This document shows, piece by piece, positions 47,142 through 56,733 of a DNA stretch of 64,000 nt (its first letter is position 1; each line of letters starts with the position of its first letter). Both the position numbers and the translations under genes were made by a program. Source of the stretch: Eubacteriales bacterium (lineage in GTDB: Bacteria; Bacillota; Clostridia; Oscillospirales; CAG-272); NCBI GenBank assembly GCA_045594305.1, contig JAZNYH010000079.1, positions 171-64,170 on the forward strand, in the 5' to 3' direction. Below the pieces are notes generated by a model. The model was not told the origin of the DNA, made no database searches, and was given only the letters and a program-made list of their open reading frames with translations.

Positions 47142-48059
47142 ATGAAAAAGACAGCACTTGTAATTATGGCTGCAGGTATCGGCTCACGCTTTGGTGGCGG
47201 TATTAAGCAGCTCGAGCCTCTTGGACCTAACGGAGAGGTTATAATGGAATATTCCATTCACGACGCATTGGAGGCAGGCTTTAATAAGGTAGTATTCATT
47301 ATTCGCAAGGAGATGGAGGACTACTTTAAAGAGGTTGTAGGAGATAAGATTTCTGGCATTTGTGAGGTTGCGTATGCATATCAAAATATTGATGATCTAC
47401 CAGCAGGCTTTACAAATCCACCAGAAAGAAAGAAGCCTTGGGGAACTGGTCAAGCGGTTCTTGCTTGTAAGGGCATTGTAAACGAGCCGTTTATGGTAAT
47501 AAATGCAGATGATTACTATGGTAAGGAAGCATTTAAGACCGTTCATGACTTCCTTGTAAACGATCAAGAGCAGATTAAGCAATACAACTTCTGTATGGCA
47601 GGCTTTATTCTTAAAAACACCCTTAGCGATAACGGTGGAGTAACTCGTGGCGTTTGTGAGGTTGATGGCAATAAGTATCTTACCAAGGTTGTTGAAACAA
47701 GCGATATAGTTAAAACTGCAAACGGAGCAGGCGTTGCTAACGCTGATGGAAGTGTTTCCCCTCTTGATCCAGATGCATATGTTTCAATGAATATGTGGGG
47801 ACTTACACCTGACTTTATTGATGTTTTGGAGGGCGGATTTGTTGAATTTCTTTCAAATCCAAATCTAAATCAGTTGAAGGGTGAGTATCTTCTCCCAGCA
47901 GTTATTGGTGAGCTTGTTGAGAGTGGCAAGGCATCAGTAAAGGTTCTTCACACTAACGATAAGTGGTTTGGAGTAACCTATGGCGAGGATAAGTATGCTG
48001 TAAAAGAGGAGTTTGTTAAGCTCCAAAAGAACGGTACCTACGGAAAAACACTATATTAA
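47142..48059 (+). CDS. Sugar-phosphate nucleotidyltransferase family protein
   Basis: N-terminal LVIMAAGIGSRFGGGIKQL (GxGxRf) motif and KPWGTGQAV. Confidence 0.7.
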   Translation: MKKTALVIMAAGIGSRFGGGIKQLEPLGPNGEVIMEYSIHDALEAGFNKVVFIIRKEMEDYFKEVVGDKISGICEVAYAYQNIDDLPAGFTNPPERKKPWGTGQAVLACKGIVNEPFMVINADDYYGKEAFKTVHDFLVNDQEQIKQYNFCMAGFILKNTLSDNGGVTRGVCEVDGNKYLTKVVETSDIVKTANGAGVANADGSVSPLDPDAYVSMNMWGLTPDFIDVLEGGFVEFLSNPNLNQLKGEYLLPAVIGELVESGKASVKVLHTNDKWFGVTYGEDKYAVKEEFVKLQKNGTYGKTLY

Positions 48060-48063
48060 TTAC

Positions 48064-48103
48064 AAGGGACCAGCGTTTTAGCTGGTCCTTTATTTTTATT
48101 TTT
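48064..48103 (+). terminator. Terminator after the fucI/nucleotidyltransferase pair
   Basis: AAGGGACCAGC-gtttta-GCTGGTCCTTT plus T-runs. Confidence 0.8.
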
Positions 48104-48150
48104 GAATATATTCGCAATTTTATCACCATAATAAGATCAGAGGTGATGAA

Positions 48151-48582
48151 ATGAAAATTGATACAGTTAATTTATTAAAAGAGTGTAATTCGGGAATAAA
48201 AATGGGAGTTTCCTCTATTTCAAGAGTTATGCCATATGTAAAGAACGAAAAGCTTAAAAGTGCCCTTAATGCCTGCAAGGATGAGCACGCCGTGCTCGGA
48301 GATGAGTCTCACAAGCTACTTTTAAAGTACGGAGTAGAAACAAAGGAGCCTCATCCCGTTGCAAGAATGATGAGCGATATGAAAATTCGCAGTAAAATGA
48401 TGATGAACAGAACCGATAGAACAGTAGCTGATCTTATGACTGATGGCTGTAATATGGGAGTTAAGTCACTTAGTAGATATTTGAATGAGTATAGTCACGC
48501 AAGCTCTGATGTAAAAAGCCTTACAAATCGTGTTATTATGGCAGAAAAGACATTAAATGAGCAATTAAGAGCATATTTATAA
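48151..48582 (+). CDS. Hypothetical helical protein
   Basis: ORF with GAGGTG SD; no family recognised with confidence. Confidence 0.5.
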   Translation: MKIDTVNLLKECNSGIKMGVSSISRVMPYVKNEKLKSALNACKDEHAVLGDESHKLLLKYGVETKEPHPVARMMSDMKIRSKMMMNRTDRTVADLMTDGCNMGVKSLSRYLNEYSHASSDVKSLTNRVIMAEKTLNEQLRAYL

Positions 48583-48607
48583 AAGGAATGATAATCATTC
48601 CTTTTTT
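48583..48607 (+). terminator. Terminator
   Basis: AAGGAATGA-taa-TCATTCCTTTTTT. Confidence 0.75.
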
Positions 48608-48608
48608 G

Positions 48609-48637
48609 TTGACATAAAAGTAAAAATGTGATATGAT
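48609..48637 (+). promoter_or_regulatory. Sigma-A promoter
   Basis: TTGACA-17nt-TATGAT with TGa. Confidence 0.55.
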
Positions 48638-48667
48638 AAGAGTAATAAACAATAAGGAGATTTCATT

Positions 48668-49282
48668 ATGAGTACGAGAGCAGAGCTTAGAGCAAGAGCA
48701 AGACAAACATTGGGTGGTTCTATTTTTGCAACACCATGGCTTATAGTGCTACTTGCTATATTTGCAGTATCATCAATTCTTGGCTTGTCGGGCAATTTAA
48801 TCATTTTACCATTAGTTCTTACAGGACCAGCATATATTGGACTTTATACATATTTGATTAAATTTGTTAGAGGGCAAAATCCCTTAAATAATATAGATCC
48901 TATTTTTGACGGATTTAGAGGCAAGGTTTCAGAAAACATTATTCTTGGAATATTGCATGGCTTATTCATTTTCTTATGGTCCTTGCTTTTTATAATTCCT
49001 GGTATTGTTAAGAGCTATTCCTATGCAATGGCGTATTATATCAAGATTGATAATCCTGATATTAGTGCAAACGATGCCATAACAGAGAGCCGTAAAATGA
49101 TGGACGGACAAAAAATGAGATTGTTTTTACTTGATTTGTCATTCATTGGATGGATGATTCTTGGAGTGCTTGCATTGGGAATAGGAGTTCTTTGGGTTGA
49201 TGCTTATAAGGAAACCACAAGAATCCATTTCTACGAGGAATTAAAGGCAAAGAGAGCAGGATACTATCCACCAGTTATGTAA
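48668..49282 (+). CDS. DUF975-family membrane protein
   Basis: RAELRARARQTLGGSIF.. start and 4-5 TM layout. Confidence 0.65.
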   Translation: MSTRAELRARARQTLGGSIFATPWLIVLLAIFAVSSILGLSGNLIILPLVLTGPAYIGLYTYLIKFVRGQNPLNNIDPIFDGFRGKVSENIILGILHGLFIFLWSLLFIIPGIVKSYSYAMAYYIKIDNPDISANDAITESRKMMDGQKMRLFLLDLSFIGWMILGVLALGIGVLWVDAYKETTRIHFYEELKAKRAGYYPPVM

Positions 49283-49287
49283 AAAAG

Positions 49288-49316
49288 AAAAGTCGCTTTT
49301 TAAAAGCGACTTTTTT
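49288..49316. terminator. Bidirectional terminator
   Basis: AAAAGTCGC-tttttaaaa-GCGACTTTTTT. Confidence 0.75.
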
Positions 49317-50040
49317 ATTTATAAAACTTCAAAATCAAGTTGGTTGGTATGATTTTTGATGCTAAATGAGCAAGCTTCATTGAAATTGTGGGAGAATAAA
49401 CCTTTTTCTTGCGTTTTGACGCTTTAAGAGCACCAAGAGCAACCCTTTTTGCACTAATAAGATGCTTCCTTTTGTATTCCGCCACATTTTCAAGACCAGA
49501 GAAAAAATCGGTGTCAACGGGTCCAGGGCAAACGGCAGTTACAAAAATTCCGTTTTTCTTAACCTCTTGTCCAATAGCTCTTGAAAAGCTAATTACATAT
49601 GACTTTGACGCAGAATAGGTTGCAAAGTATGGCTGTGGGAGAAATCCTGCACCTGAGGCAATGTGAAGTATTCGAGAGCCTTTATCCAAATAGGATAAAG
49701 CTGTTTTAGTAAGGGTTGATAGTGCGGAGCAGTTTATCATAACGGTATTTTCAATGTTTTCCACGGAAATATTGGAGAGTGCACCATTATAGCCAACTCC
49801 TGCGGAGCACACGAGGTATTTTATTACGGGCGATTTGCTTGATAGCTCCATTGATACCTCGTCATAGGGCGACTTTTGACTAAGGTCTGTATAAAAGATG
49901 CGAATAGGTGTTTTAAACTCGAAGGAAGGTGTATTTTTTCCACAAATAAGCCAAAGCTCATCGAGATTATACTCGTCAAGAAGCTTTGCAAATTCTAATC
50001 CAATTCCACGAGATGCACCACTTATAAGAGCAATATTCAT
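49315..50040 (-). CDS. SDR-family oxidoreductase
   Basis: ISGASRGIG cofactor motif and YSASK catalytic motif. Confidence 0.85.
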   Translation of the reverse strand: MNIALISGASRGIGLEFAKLLDEYNLDELWLICGKNTPSFEFKTPIRIFYTDLSQKSPYDEVSMELSSKSPVIKYLVCSAGVGYNGALSNISVENIENTVMINCSALSTLTKTALSYLDKGSRILHIASGAGFLPQPYFATYSASKSYVISFSRAIGQEVKKNGIFVTAVCPGPVDTDFFSGLENVAEYKRKHLISAKRVALGALKASKRKKKVYSPTISMKLAHLASKIIPTNLILKFYK

Positions 50041-50181
50041 AAAAAGCCTCCTTATGATATTTATACATACATTTTACCATTAATTTTGCAATAGGTCAAG
50101 AATTAATTTTTTTGCCTTGAAATTATCTATTCAAAAGGTGATTTTACAAAAATAACGGAGCTCTTCAAGTCCGTTTTTATA

Positions 50182-50210
50182 TTGACATTGGTTGGTTAAT
50201 ATGATAAAAT
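50182..50210 (+). promoter_or_regulatory. Sigma-A promoter
   Basis: TTGACA-17nt-TAAAAT with TGa. Confidence 0.55.
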
Positions 50211-50238
50211 AACAATAGTTGGATTAAAGGAGATAAAA

Positions 50239-50823
50239 ATGGAAGAAAAATCGCTTGATTTTAAGATAAATGAGCACATAAGCGAGGGCGAGAGGCTTTT
50301 GTGGCAGGGCGCTCCTGCTAAAAAAATGCGTTTTTTACCAGGAGAAAGGTTCAACATTATTTTGGGTATTGCTTGGACTGCTTTTTCTATTGCTTGGCTT
50401 GCATTGGCGATTAGCCTAAATGTAGAGGCTAAGGATGCTATTTTCCTCGTTAAAATTTTACCTGCATTTGGTGTGCCGTTTTTGCTTGTTGGCTTGTATT
50501 TCTTAGCATTTGTACCATTGAATATTATTATTTTCAGGAAGGGAATAGAATATGCTCTTACCAATAAGCGAGCTTTAATATTGCTTAGAGGTAGAAGGGA
50601 CAAGCTTGTTTCATTCAGCCTTACTGAAATAGAAAATATTCAATTTGGCTGTGATGAGGACGGAAATGGTTATGTGACCTTTATTAATGTACCAAAAAAG
50701 CCTGATGGTCAAAAGAAGCGTAGAAAGCCATTAATTAAAAGGGTTGGCGGATTTTACAATGTTTCAGAGGTAAAAAAGCTATATAAAATATTTTGTGCAC
50801 AGATTGGAGAGACGGAAAAATGA
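50239..50823 (+). CDS. Membrane protein with bacterial PH-like (YdbS/DUF304-like) domain
   Basis: GERLLWQGAP, two TM helices, then a soluble domain. Confidence 0.5.
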   Translation: MEEKSLDFKINEHISEGERLLWQGAPAKKMRFLPGERFNIILGIAWTAFSIAWLALAISLNVEAKDAIFLVKILPAFGVPFLLVGLYFLAFVPLNIIIFRKGIEYALTNKRALILLRGRRDKLVSFSLTEIENIQFGCDEDGNGYVTFINVPKKPDGQKKRRKPLIKRVGGFYNVSEVKKLYKIFCAQIGETEK

Positions 50824-52751
50824 AATGCGTACACTTAGATTTTCACACAAGCCCAGATATTGATAATATTGGCTGTGAATTTGATAAAGCAGAGTTTACT
50901 AAAACCTTAAAGGACGCAAAGGTAGACCTAATAACTGTATTTGCAAAGTGTCATCACGGATATTCTTATTATCCAACAAAGCTTGGCACTGTAAGTCCAG
51001 GACTAAAATTCAACCTTTTAAAGGAGCAGATTGAGGCTGTTCACGATGCTGGTGCTAAGGCTCCAATTTATATTACAATGGGTTGGAGCAAAAAGGATGC
51101 AGACGAGCACCCAGAGTGGCATCATGTGGATTTTTGGTCAAAGAAGCCACTTGCCTTTGGATATAATGGTGGAAGGCTTGATGAGCCTCTTGATGCACCT
51201 CTTGCAGATTGCTCTTGGATGACGCTTTGTCCTGTTGGCGAGTATAAAAAGTATCTTGAAGCTATTACAAGAGAAATTTGTGAGCAGTTTGATGTTTCAG
51301 ACGGTGTGTTCTATGACATTTGCTGTATGAGAGACGCTTGTGTTTGTGAGTCCTGTAAGGCGGGAATGAGGGCACAAGGTCTTGATCCTGATAAATATGA
51401 GGATGCAAGAAAATATTACATCGAAAAGCGTATAGAACTTATGAAGGATCTTACTGGAATAGTGCACGAATACGCAAAGGACGCAACAGTATTTTACAAT
51501 TCTGGCGGTGCAGATATGAACCGTCCTGAATTTCATCCATATCAAACACACTATGAGCTCGAGGATCTTCCAACCGCTTGGGGTGGATATGATGTAATGC
51601 CTATAAGAGCAAAATATTTTGAAAAGTATGGCAAGCTATTCCTTGGAATGACAGGAAAATTCCATCACGCTTGGGGCGAATTTGGTGGATTTAAGAATAA
51701 GGACGCTTTGAAATATGAGTGTGCAGATATGCTTAGTGTTGGCGCTTCTATCTCCGTTGGAGACCATTTGCACCCTTACGGAAGACTTGACAAGAGTACA
51801 TATTCGGTAATTGGATATGCATTTGATTATGTATCTAAAATAGAAAAGTATTGTGAAAACACAAAGGCGTATACAGATATAGCACTTTGGATGAGCCATA
51901 CTAATTCCGATCTTGGATGCTCTAAGGCTCTCCAAATAATGCATCTTGAATTTGATGTGATAGATGATGGAGCTAACCTTGATAAATATAAGTGCATTAT
52001 CTTGCCTGATTATGTTAAGCTAAGTGACAATGATAAAAAGAGCATTTGCGACTTTGTAGAGAATGGTGGTAAGGTAATTGCAAGCGGAGAGAGCATTTTT
52101 GATGAGCTTGGAATTATCTTGAAGGGAAAGAATGGCGCCGATCTTGACTTTATCTCGTGCGACCTTGATGAGATTACCACACCATTCCTCAGCTATTCAA
52201 GTGCTTATGTAACAGAAAGCGATGGACAGGTTTTAGCAGATGTTTATGAGCCATTCTTCAACCGTACATACGGACATTTCTGCGGTCACAAGAATACTCC
52301 TCCAAAGCCTGATAAGGCATCGTATCCTGCACTTGTTAAAAAGGGAAATGTGCTTTATTTTGCTCATCCCATATTTGATGCTTATAATAATTCTGGAAGC
52401 TATGCACTTGAAAGGTTTATCAAAAAGGGCTTTGATGCAATTTATGAAAAGAAGCTTAGTGTTGAAGGCTTCCCATCATGTGGTAGAGTGAGATTTAGAA
52501 AGAGTGAGAGGGATAATTTCTTTGCTCTTCATCTTCTTTATGCACCACCAGTTAATAGAGGAAATGTTTGCTTGCTTGCTGATTTTCCAATATTAAATGA
52601 TCTAAAAATTACTGTTGATGTAGATGAAAAAATCAAGTCAATTAGATTAGCACCAGAGGGCAAGAAAATCAAGTTTACCCAGAAGGGAAGCGAGGTTTCG
52701 CTCAAGCTGGATAATATGCAGCTCCATAATCTTTTGATTTTGGAATTTTAA
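50820..52751 (+). CDS. GHL6/GH42-like putative glycoside hydrolase with trimerisation-type C-domain
   Basis: MKCVHLDFHTSPDI...ITVFAKCHHGYSYYPT resembles the GHL6 family; ATGA overlap with upstream gene. Confidence 0.55.
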   Translation: MKCVHLDFHTSPDIDNIGCEFDKAEFTKTLKDAKVDLITVFAKCHHGYSYYPTKLGTVSPGLKFNLLKEQIEAVHDAGAKAPIYITMGWSKKDADEHPEWHHVDFWSKKPLAFGYNGGRLDEPLDAPLADCSWMTLCPVGEYKKYLEAITREICEQFDVSDGVFYDICCMRDACVCESCKAGMRAQGLDPDKYEDARKYYIEKRIELMKDLTGIVHEYAKDATVFYNSGGADMNRPEFHPYQTHYELEDLPTAWGGYDVMPIRAKYFEKYGKLFLGMTGKFHHAWGEFGGFKNKDALKYECADMLSVGASISVGDHLHPYGRLDKSTYSVIGYAFDYVSKIEKYCENTKAYTDIALWMSHTNSDLGCSKALQIMHLEFDVIDDGANLDKYKCIILPDYVKLSDNDKKSICDFVENGGKVIASGESIFDELGIILKGKNGADLDFISCDLDEITTPFLSYSSAYVTESDGQVLADVYEPFFNRTYGHFCGHKNTPPKPDKASYPALVKKGNVLYFAHPIFDAYNNSGSYALERFIKKGFDAIYEKKLSVEGFPSCGRVRFRKSERDNFFALHLLYAPPVNRGNVCLLADFPILNDLKITVDVDEKIKSIRLAPEGKKIKFTQKGSEVSLKLDNMQLHNLLILEF

Positions 52752-52763
52752 AATTCAAAAATT

Positions 52764-52792
52764 AATGGTCGGATAAATTCCGACCATTTTTT
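52764..52792 (+). terminator. Terminator after the GHL6-like gene
   Basis: AATGGTCGGA-taaat-TCCGACCATTTTTT. Confidence 0.8.
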
Positions 52793-52797
52793 GATAT

Positions 52798-52826
52798 AAA
52801 AAAACGGTGAAAAATCACCGTTTTTA
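52798..52826 (-). terminator. Terminator after the DUF4956 gene
   Basis: AAAAAACGGTGA-aaaa-TCACCGTTTTT (symmetric). Confidence 0.75.
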
Positions 52827-52829
52827 TTA

Positions 52830-53588
52830 TTAAAGCTCATCGGTACTTGTTTGAAGTCTTGAACAGAGAACATCAAGGTTTCCGTTTCTCATTCTTATCT
52901 CATCAATAAACGCCTTTTCAAATTTGCTGTCCTTAAGATTTACCGAATATGTAAGTCTAAACATAGTGCCAAGGTTTCTTAGCTTTACCTTTTCAAGCAT
53001 ATGATCAGTTGTGTATTTTTCAAACAAATCATCAAACAAGGTTGTGTAGTCAAGGTTTTCAGGGATTGTGATTTTAAGTGTGCGTCTGTTGTCGTGGATA
53101 ACGCCAAACTTGGTAAGTGTAAATACAAAGTTAAGTCCCTCAACTAAAACGGCAAGCACTATAGCAATTCCTACAAAGCCAAGACCAAGGGTTAAGCCAA
53201 TTGCCATGGAAAGGAATATGTGTGTAATTTCCTTCGCTGTACCCTGTGCAGAACGGAATCTTGTAAGGGCAAATACACCGCCTACGGCAACGCCAGCACC
53301 TATATTACCATTTACAAGCATGATAAGCACGGTAACAATGGTAGGAAGTAGAGCGATTGAAATTACAAGGTTCTTTGAAAACTCATTTCTATACATATAG
53401 CATAGAGCAATCAAAACGCCGAGAACGATTGCGACGCCGATGCAGAGCCAAAAATCTCCAACCTCTATAACGGCATTTTGCATGCCTGTATATGAATCAT
53501 AGCCTGGGTTTATACCAACAGGAGATTCACCCTCTGGAACATTAGAGGTGTAAAAAATACTTCTAAAAAATTTCAAAATCGTGTTCAT
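52830..53588 (-). CDS. DUF4956-family membrane protein
   Basis: 4-5 TM N-half plus soluble C-half; overlaps the VTC gene by 4 nt, a pairing I recall for this family. Confidence 0.6.
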   Translation of the reverse strand: MNTILKFFRSIFYTSNVPEGESPVGINPGYDSYTGMQNAVIEVGDFWLCIGVAIVLGVLIALCYMYRNEFSKNLVISIALLPTIVTVLIMLVNGNIGAGVAVGGVFALTRFRSAQGTAKEITHIFLSMAIGLTLGLGFVGIAIVLAVLVEGLNFVFTLTKFGVIHDNRRTLKITIPENLDYTTLFDDLFEKYTTDHMLEKVKLRNLGTMFRLTYSVNLKDSKFEKAFIDEIRMRNGNLDVLCSRLQTSTDEL

Positions 53589-54295
53589 TTTATATAACTC
53601 CTCTGAGCAGTAATCATTTTTGTAAAGGCAGTTCCTACCTTTGAAAAGGATCGAGTATAGATCTTGTTTTGTGACAGGATATTAACAAGCCACATAGGAA
53701 TTGCGGTTGCAACCTTGACCTCCATAAGAACTTGACCATCTTGGAGAAGAGGATCGCCATAAGAGCCCTTGGTGAGATCAAGATCATAATTTCGCCAAGT
53801 AAGGTTTTTATCAAAGGTTATACGGAAGTCCTTGTCATCCTTACAGAAGAATGCACTTCTATCGTAAGAAATATAAATTCGTGGTGCTAAGGTCTTATAA
53901 AAGTTCAAAAAGTATTTAAGCTCTCTTGAAATTTGAGTTGGATTTTCAATATCGCATTTATTTGCGAGAAAATCGAGCGATTTAGCAAGAGGCATAACGA
54001 TTCTACGCTTAAATACAACTCCGTTGTATTTTTTCTTAACCTCGGCAAACCCAAGTGATTCGCTTGTAGGAACTCCATATGTTCTAAGCCTGAGCTTTTC
54101 CTTATATATAGGCTTTTCAATAGAGCGAGTAATCAAAATGTAGTCGGGAGTGTCGTAATAGAGATTACATATCTTTGTTTCTCCATATTCATCAGGATCG
54201 AAACGCTTGTCAATCTCAGCTTTAATAAGAAAATATTGCTCTTCGGTCAAAATAAACTTTTTTTCAAGTCTATTAAAGGTTAATTTTGCAGCCAA
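53585..54295 (-). CDS. VTC-domain (triphosphate-tunnel, polyphosphate-polymerase-like) protein
   Basis: FNRLEKKFILT..., EKLRLRTY, VFKRR and EVKV beta-strand motifs of CYTH/VTC tunnels. TTG 54295 is preceded by GAGGGAGGG; alternative GTG at 54334. Confidence 0.65.
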   Translation of the reverse strand: MAAKLTFNRLEKKFILTEEQYFLIKAEIDKRFDPDEYGETKICNLYYDTPDYILITRSIEKPIYKEKLRLRTYGVPTSESLGFAEVKKKYNGVVFKRRIVMPLAKSLDFLANKCDIENPTQISRELKYFLNFYKTLAPRIYISYDRSAFFCKDDKDFRITFDKNLTWRNYDLDLTKGSYGDPLLQDGQVLMEVKVATAIPMWLVNILSQNKIYTRSFSKVGTAFTKMITAQRSYIK

Positions 54296-54536
54296 GATGA
54301 TCCCTCCCTCATTTAATATATAATATTTTAACACATTATATTGAAAATGTCAATAATTTAAATGCAAGATCGCTTGATTTATTGGATATATTGTACAAAA
54401 AGACCTTTATAGCATTAAAGACAAGCAAAGGTATGATTTGGTTGAGAAGATGATAATATTGGAAAATAAGCATAATGCTTGTAAAAAGCGTGTAATTGTG
54501 TTAAAATAGAAAAAAACGAAAAAGGGGGGGCAAAAA

Positions 54537-55673
54537 ATGGAAAATTTGTTTGACTATTTAGCGTGGCGTGGTGATTTGTCGTTTTCTGAGGCTTCTCAAA
54601 ATGAAATTGATGGCTTGATTTTTTCGGAGCTTTCTTATGTGCCCTTTGAGGATGTAATTACTGCTAACGATTTTTCAAGCTCTATAACCCTTGAGGAGGC
54701 GTCAAAGCGCTTTTTTGAGGCTCACGGAGAAAATTATAGCTTAGGTGCGATACTGCCACCTGAAATTTTGGTTCTTTTGAAGGAATGTGCAAGCTCTAAG
54801 AGGTTTTCCAAGGTTAGGGCTTGGGCATATGTTAATCAAATATGCCTTGATGTTGAAAAGCAGTTTTCTGCAATTTGCTTTTCGTGTGATAACAAGGTTA
54901 CATATGTTGTGTATCGTGGAACGGATGATACCATTGTTGGCTGGAAGGAAGACTTGAATATGGCACTCTTTACTCCAATTCCTGCACAAAGAGAAGGAGT
55001 AAAGTACATAGCAGGTATTAGCAAGCTTACAAGGGACAAGCTAATAATAGTGGGACATTCTAAGGGTGGAAATGTTGCTGTTTATACTGGCTTAAATATA
55101 CCAAGCACCTTGAAAAAGAGAGTGTTGGCGGTTTATAGCTATGATGGTCCTGGCTTTAAGGAAAGCTATATAAAGGCATTTGAAAATGATGAGATTGTTG
55201 GAAAAATAAAGAGCTTTTTACCAACAAAATCGGTTATAGGTAGAATCTTTGATGTGATTGGTGATTATAAAATCGTAAAGAGCAGAGATAAGGGACTTCG
55301 TCAGCATGATGCCTTTACTTGGCGATTGTGTGGAGCTTCCTTTATTGAGGGGGACCACTTTGAGGCTCCAAGTGATAATTTCCATGAGCTTTTAAAGGTA
55401 TGGGTAAGCAATTTGACTCCTATGGAAAGGCGAGATTTTGTAGATTCCTTCTACAAGCTTTTAAAGTCAACGGACGCTCAAACCTTGACGGATATTACAA
55501 ATAAAAAATTCAAATTTTTAATTGCGTTAATCAAGTCAAGTGGAAGCGATAAAAAGATTGTTTTTGATGCAATTGTTAAGCTTTTAAAGGAAAAAAGTGC
55601 ACTTGATTCTACAAGAAAAAGTGCCCAAAAAAAGGCTCGCTTAGAGGAAAAGAAAAAGAAAAAAACTGAATGA
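54537..55673 (+). CDS. Mbeg1-like/DUF2974 alpha/beta hydrolase
   Basis: MENLFDYLAWRGDLSF start, GHSKGGNVA nucleophile elbow. Confidence 0.7.
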   Translation: MENLFDYLAWRGDLSFSEASQNEIDGLIFSELSYVPFEDVITANDFSSSITLEEASKRFFEAHGENYSLGAILPPEILVLLKECASSKRFSKVRAWAYVNQICLDVEKQFSAICFSCDNKVTYVVYRGTDDTIVGWKEDLNMALFTPIPAQREGVKYIAGISKLTRDKLIIVGHSKGGNVAVYTGLNIPSTLKKRVLAVYSYDGPGFKESYIKAFENDEIVGKIKSFLPTKSVIGRIFDVIGDYKIVKSRDKGLRQHDAFTWRLCGASFIEGDHFEAPSDNFHELLKVWVSNLTPMERRDFVDSFYKLLKSTDAQTLTDITNKKFKFLIALIKSSGSDKKIVFDAIVKLLKEKSALDSTRKSAQKKARLEEKKKKKTE

Positions 55674-55777
55674 TAAAACAATATTAGTTTAGAAAAATCA
55701 AAGAATTATTGAATTTTAAAATTTAAAAAATTAAAAATAAACCGTTTTGCTATATTATAAAAGCAAAACGGCTGTTT

Positions 55778-56596
55778 TTATATTAAATTTTCTTTCAAAT
55801 AAATCAGGGTGTTTTTAAGCTTTTTTATATCAGCTCCGTCAGGTAACATAACAGGGGATTCAAGGGTTATAGTACCATCAAAATTATTCCTTTTAATGCC
55901 CTCGAAAAGATGTGGAAAATCAATTACACCCTCGCCAGGGTGAAGAATAGGTCGAATTTTGGAAAAATCTCTTGGATAAGAGGAAAAATCGCTTATATGG
56001 AGATGCTTTATGCTTTTCCAAATTGGCTCGTTTAGAATGTTGTCAATTTCATCGTGGAATGCACCAAATCTGCTATCAAATACGAAGTCTATTTCTGGCA
56101 AGAAAGAATATAATCTTCGCCAATTTTCAAGCCCTGAATATGTGGTACAGGGAATATTTTCAATAAGTAGTTTAAGCCCAAAGGAATGAACGATTTCTAT
56201 TATTTTTGGGAGCAGAGATATATTGTAGTCGATATGAGAGTCGCTCTTTATTCCACCCCAAAGATGAAATACCATTGAGTGAGCACCTATGTCACAGCCA
56301 GCCTCGCAATTTATTTTTAAAAGCTCGATAGCTTTTCTTGTAGCCTCCTCCTCGCACTCGGACAAAAGCACGCCGACATCCTTTTCACAATGGATAATCG
56401 GTGCATGTGCCTCGCAGGAGCGTACAAGCTGTGTAACATCCTTTAATTTATCATAGTAAAACGGAATCATCATAAATTCCATTCCACTAATTAAGCCTTC
56501 ATCTATTAATGGCGGGATAACCTTGCTGATTAGAGAATAGTCATACCCACACACACGACCAACAAGAGCACCAGTCGAGCAAAGTAGCTTGTTCAT
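55778..56596 (-). CDS. Sugar phosphate isomerase/epimerase (xylose-isomerase-like TIM barrel)
   Basis: Pattern ..HLWGG.., LLIENI, HISD; GAGGTG SD before ATG 56596. Confidence 0.65.
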   Translation of the reverse strand: MNKLLCSTGALVGRVCGYDYSLISKVIPPLIDEGLISGMEFMMIPFYYDKLKDVTQLVRSCEAHAPIIHCEKDVGVLLSECEEEATRKAIELLKINCEAGCDIGAHSMVFHLWGGIKSDSHIDYNISLLPKIIEIVHSFGLKLLIENIPCTTYSGLENWRRLYSFLPEIDFVFDSRFGAFHDEIDNILNEPIWKSIKHLHISDFSSYPRDFSKIRPILHPGEGVIDFPHLFEGIKRNNFDGTITLESPVMLPDGADIKKLKNTLIYLKENLI

Positions 56597-56733
56597 TAAA
56601 TCACCTCGCCAAAATTTTATCATACTATTGTGTCTATTTCAAGCCAAGTGAGTTATTTTTGAAAAAATACTTTTCAAATCGGTCTTTTTATGTTATTATA
56701 TAGTTATTAATGCAGAAATTTGCGAGGAAAGCT

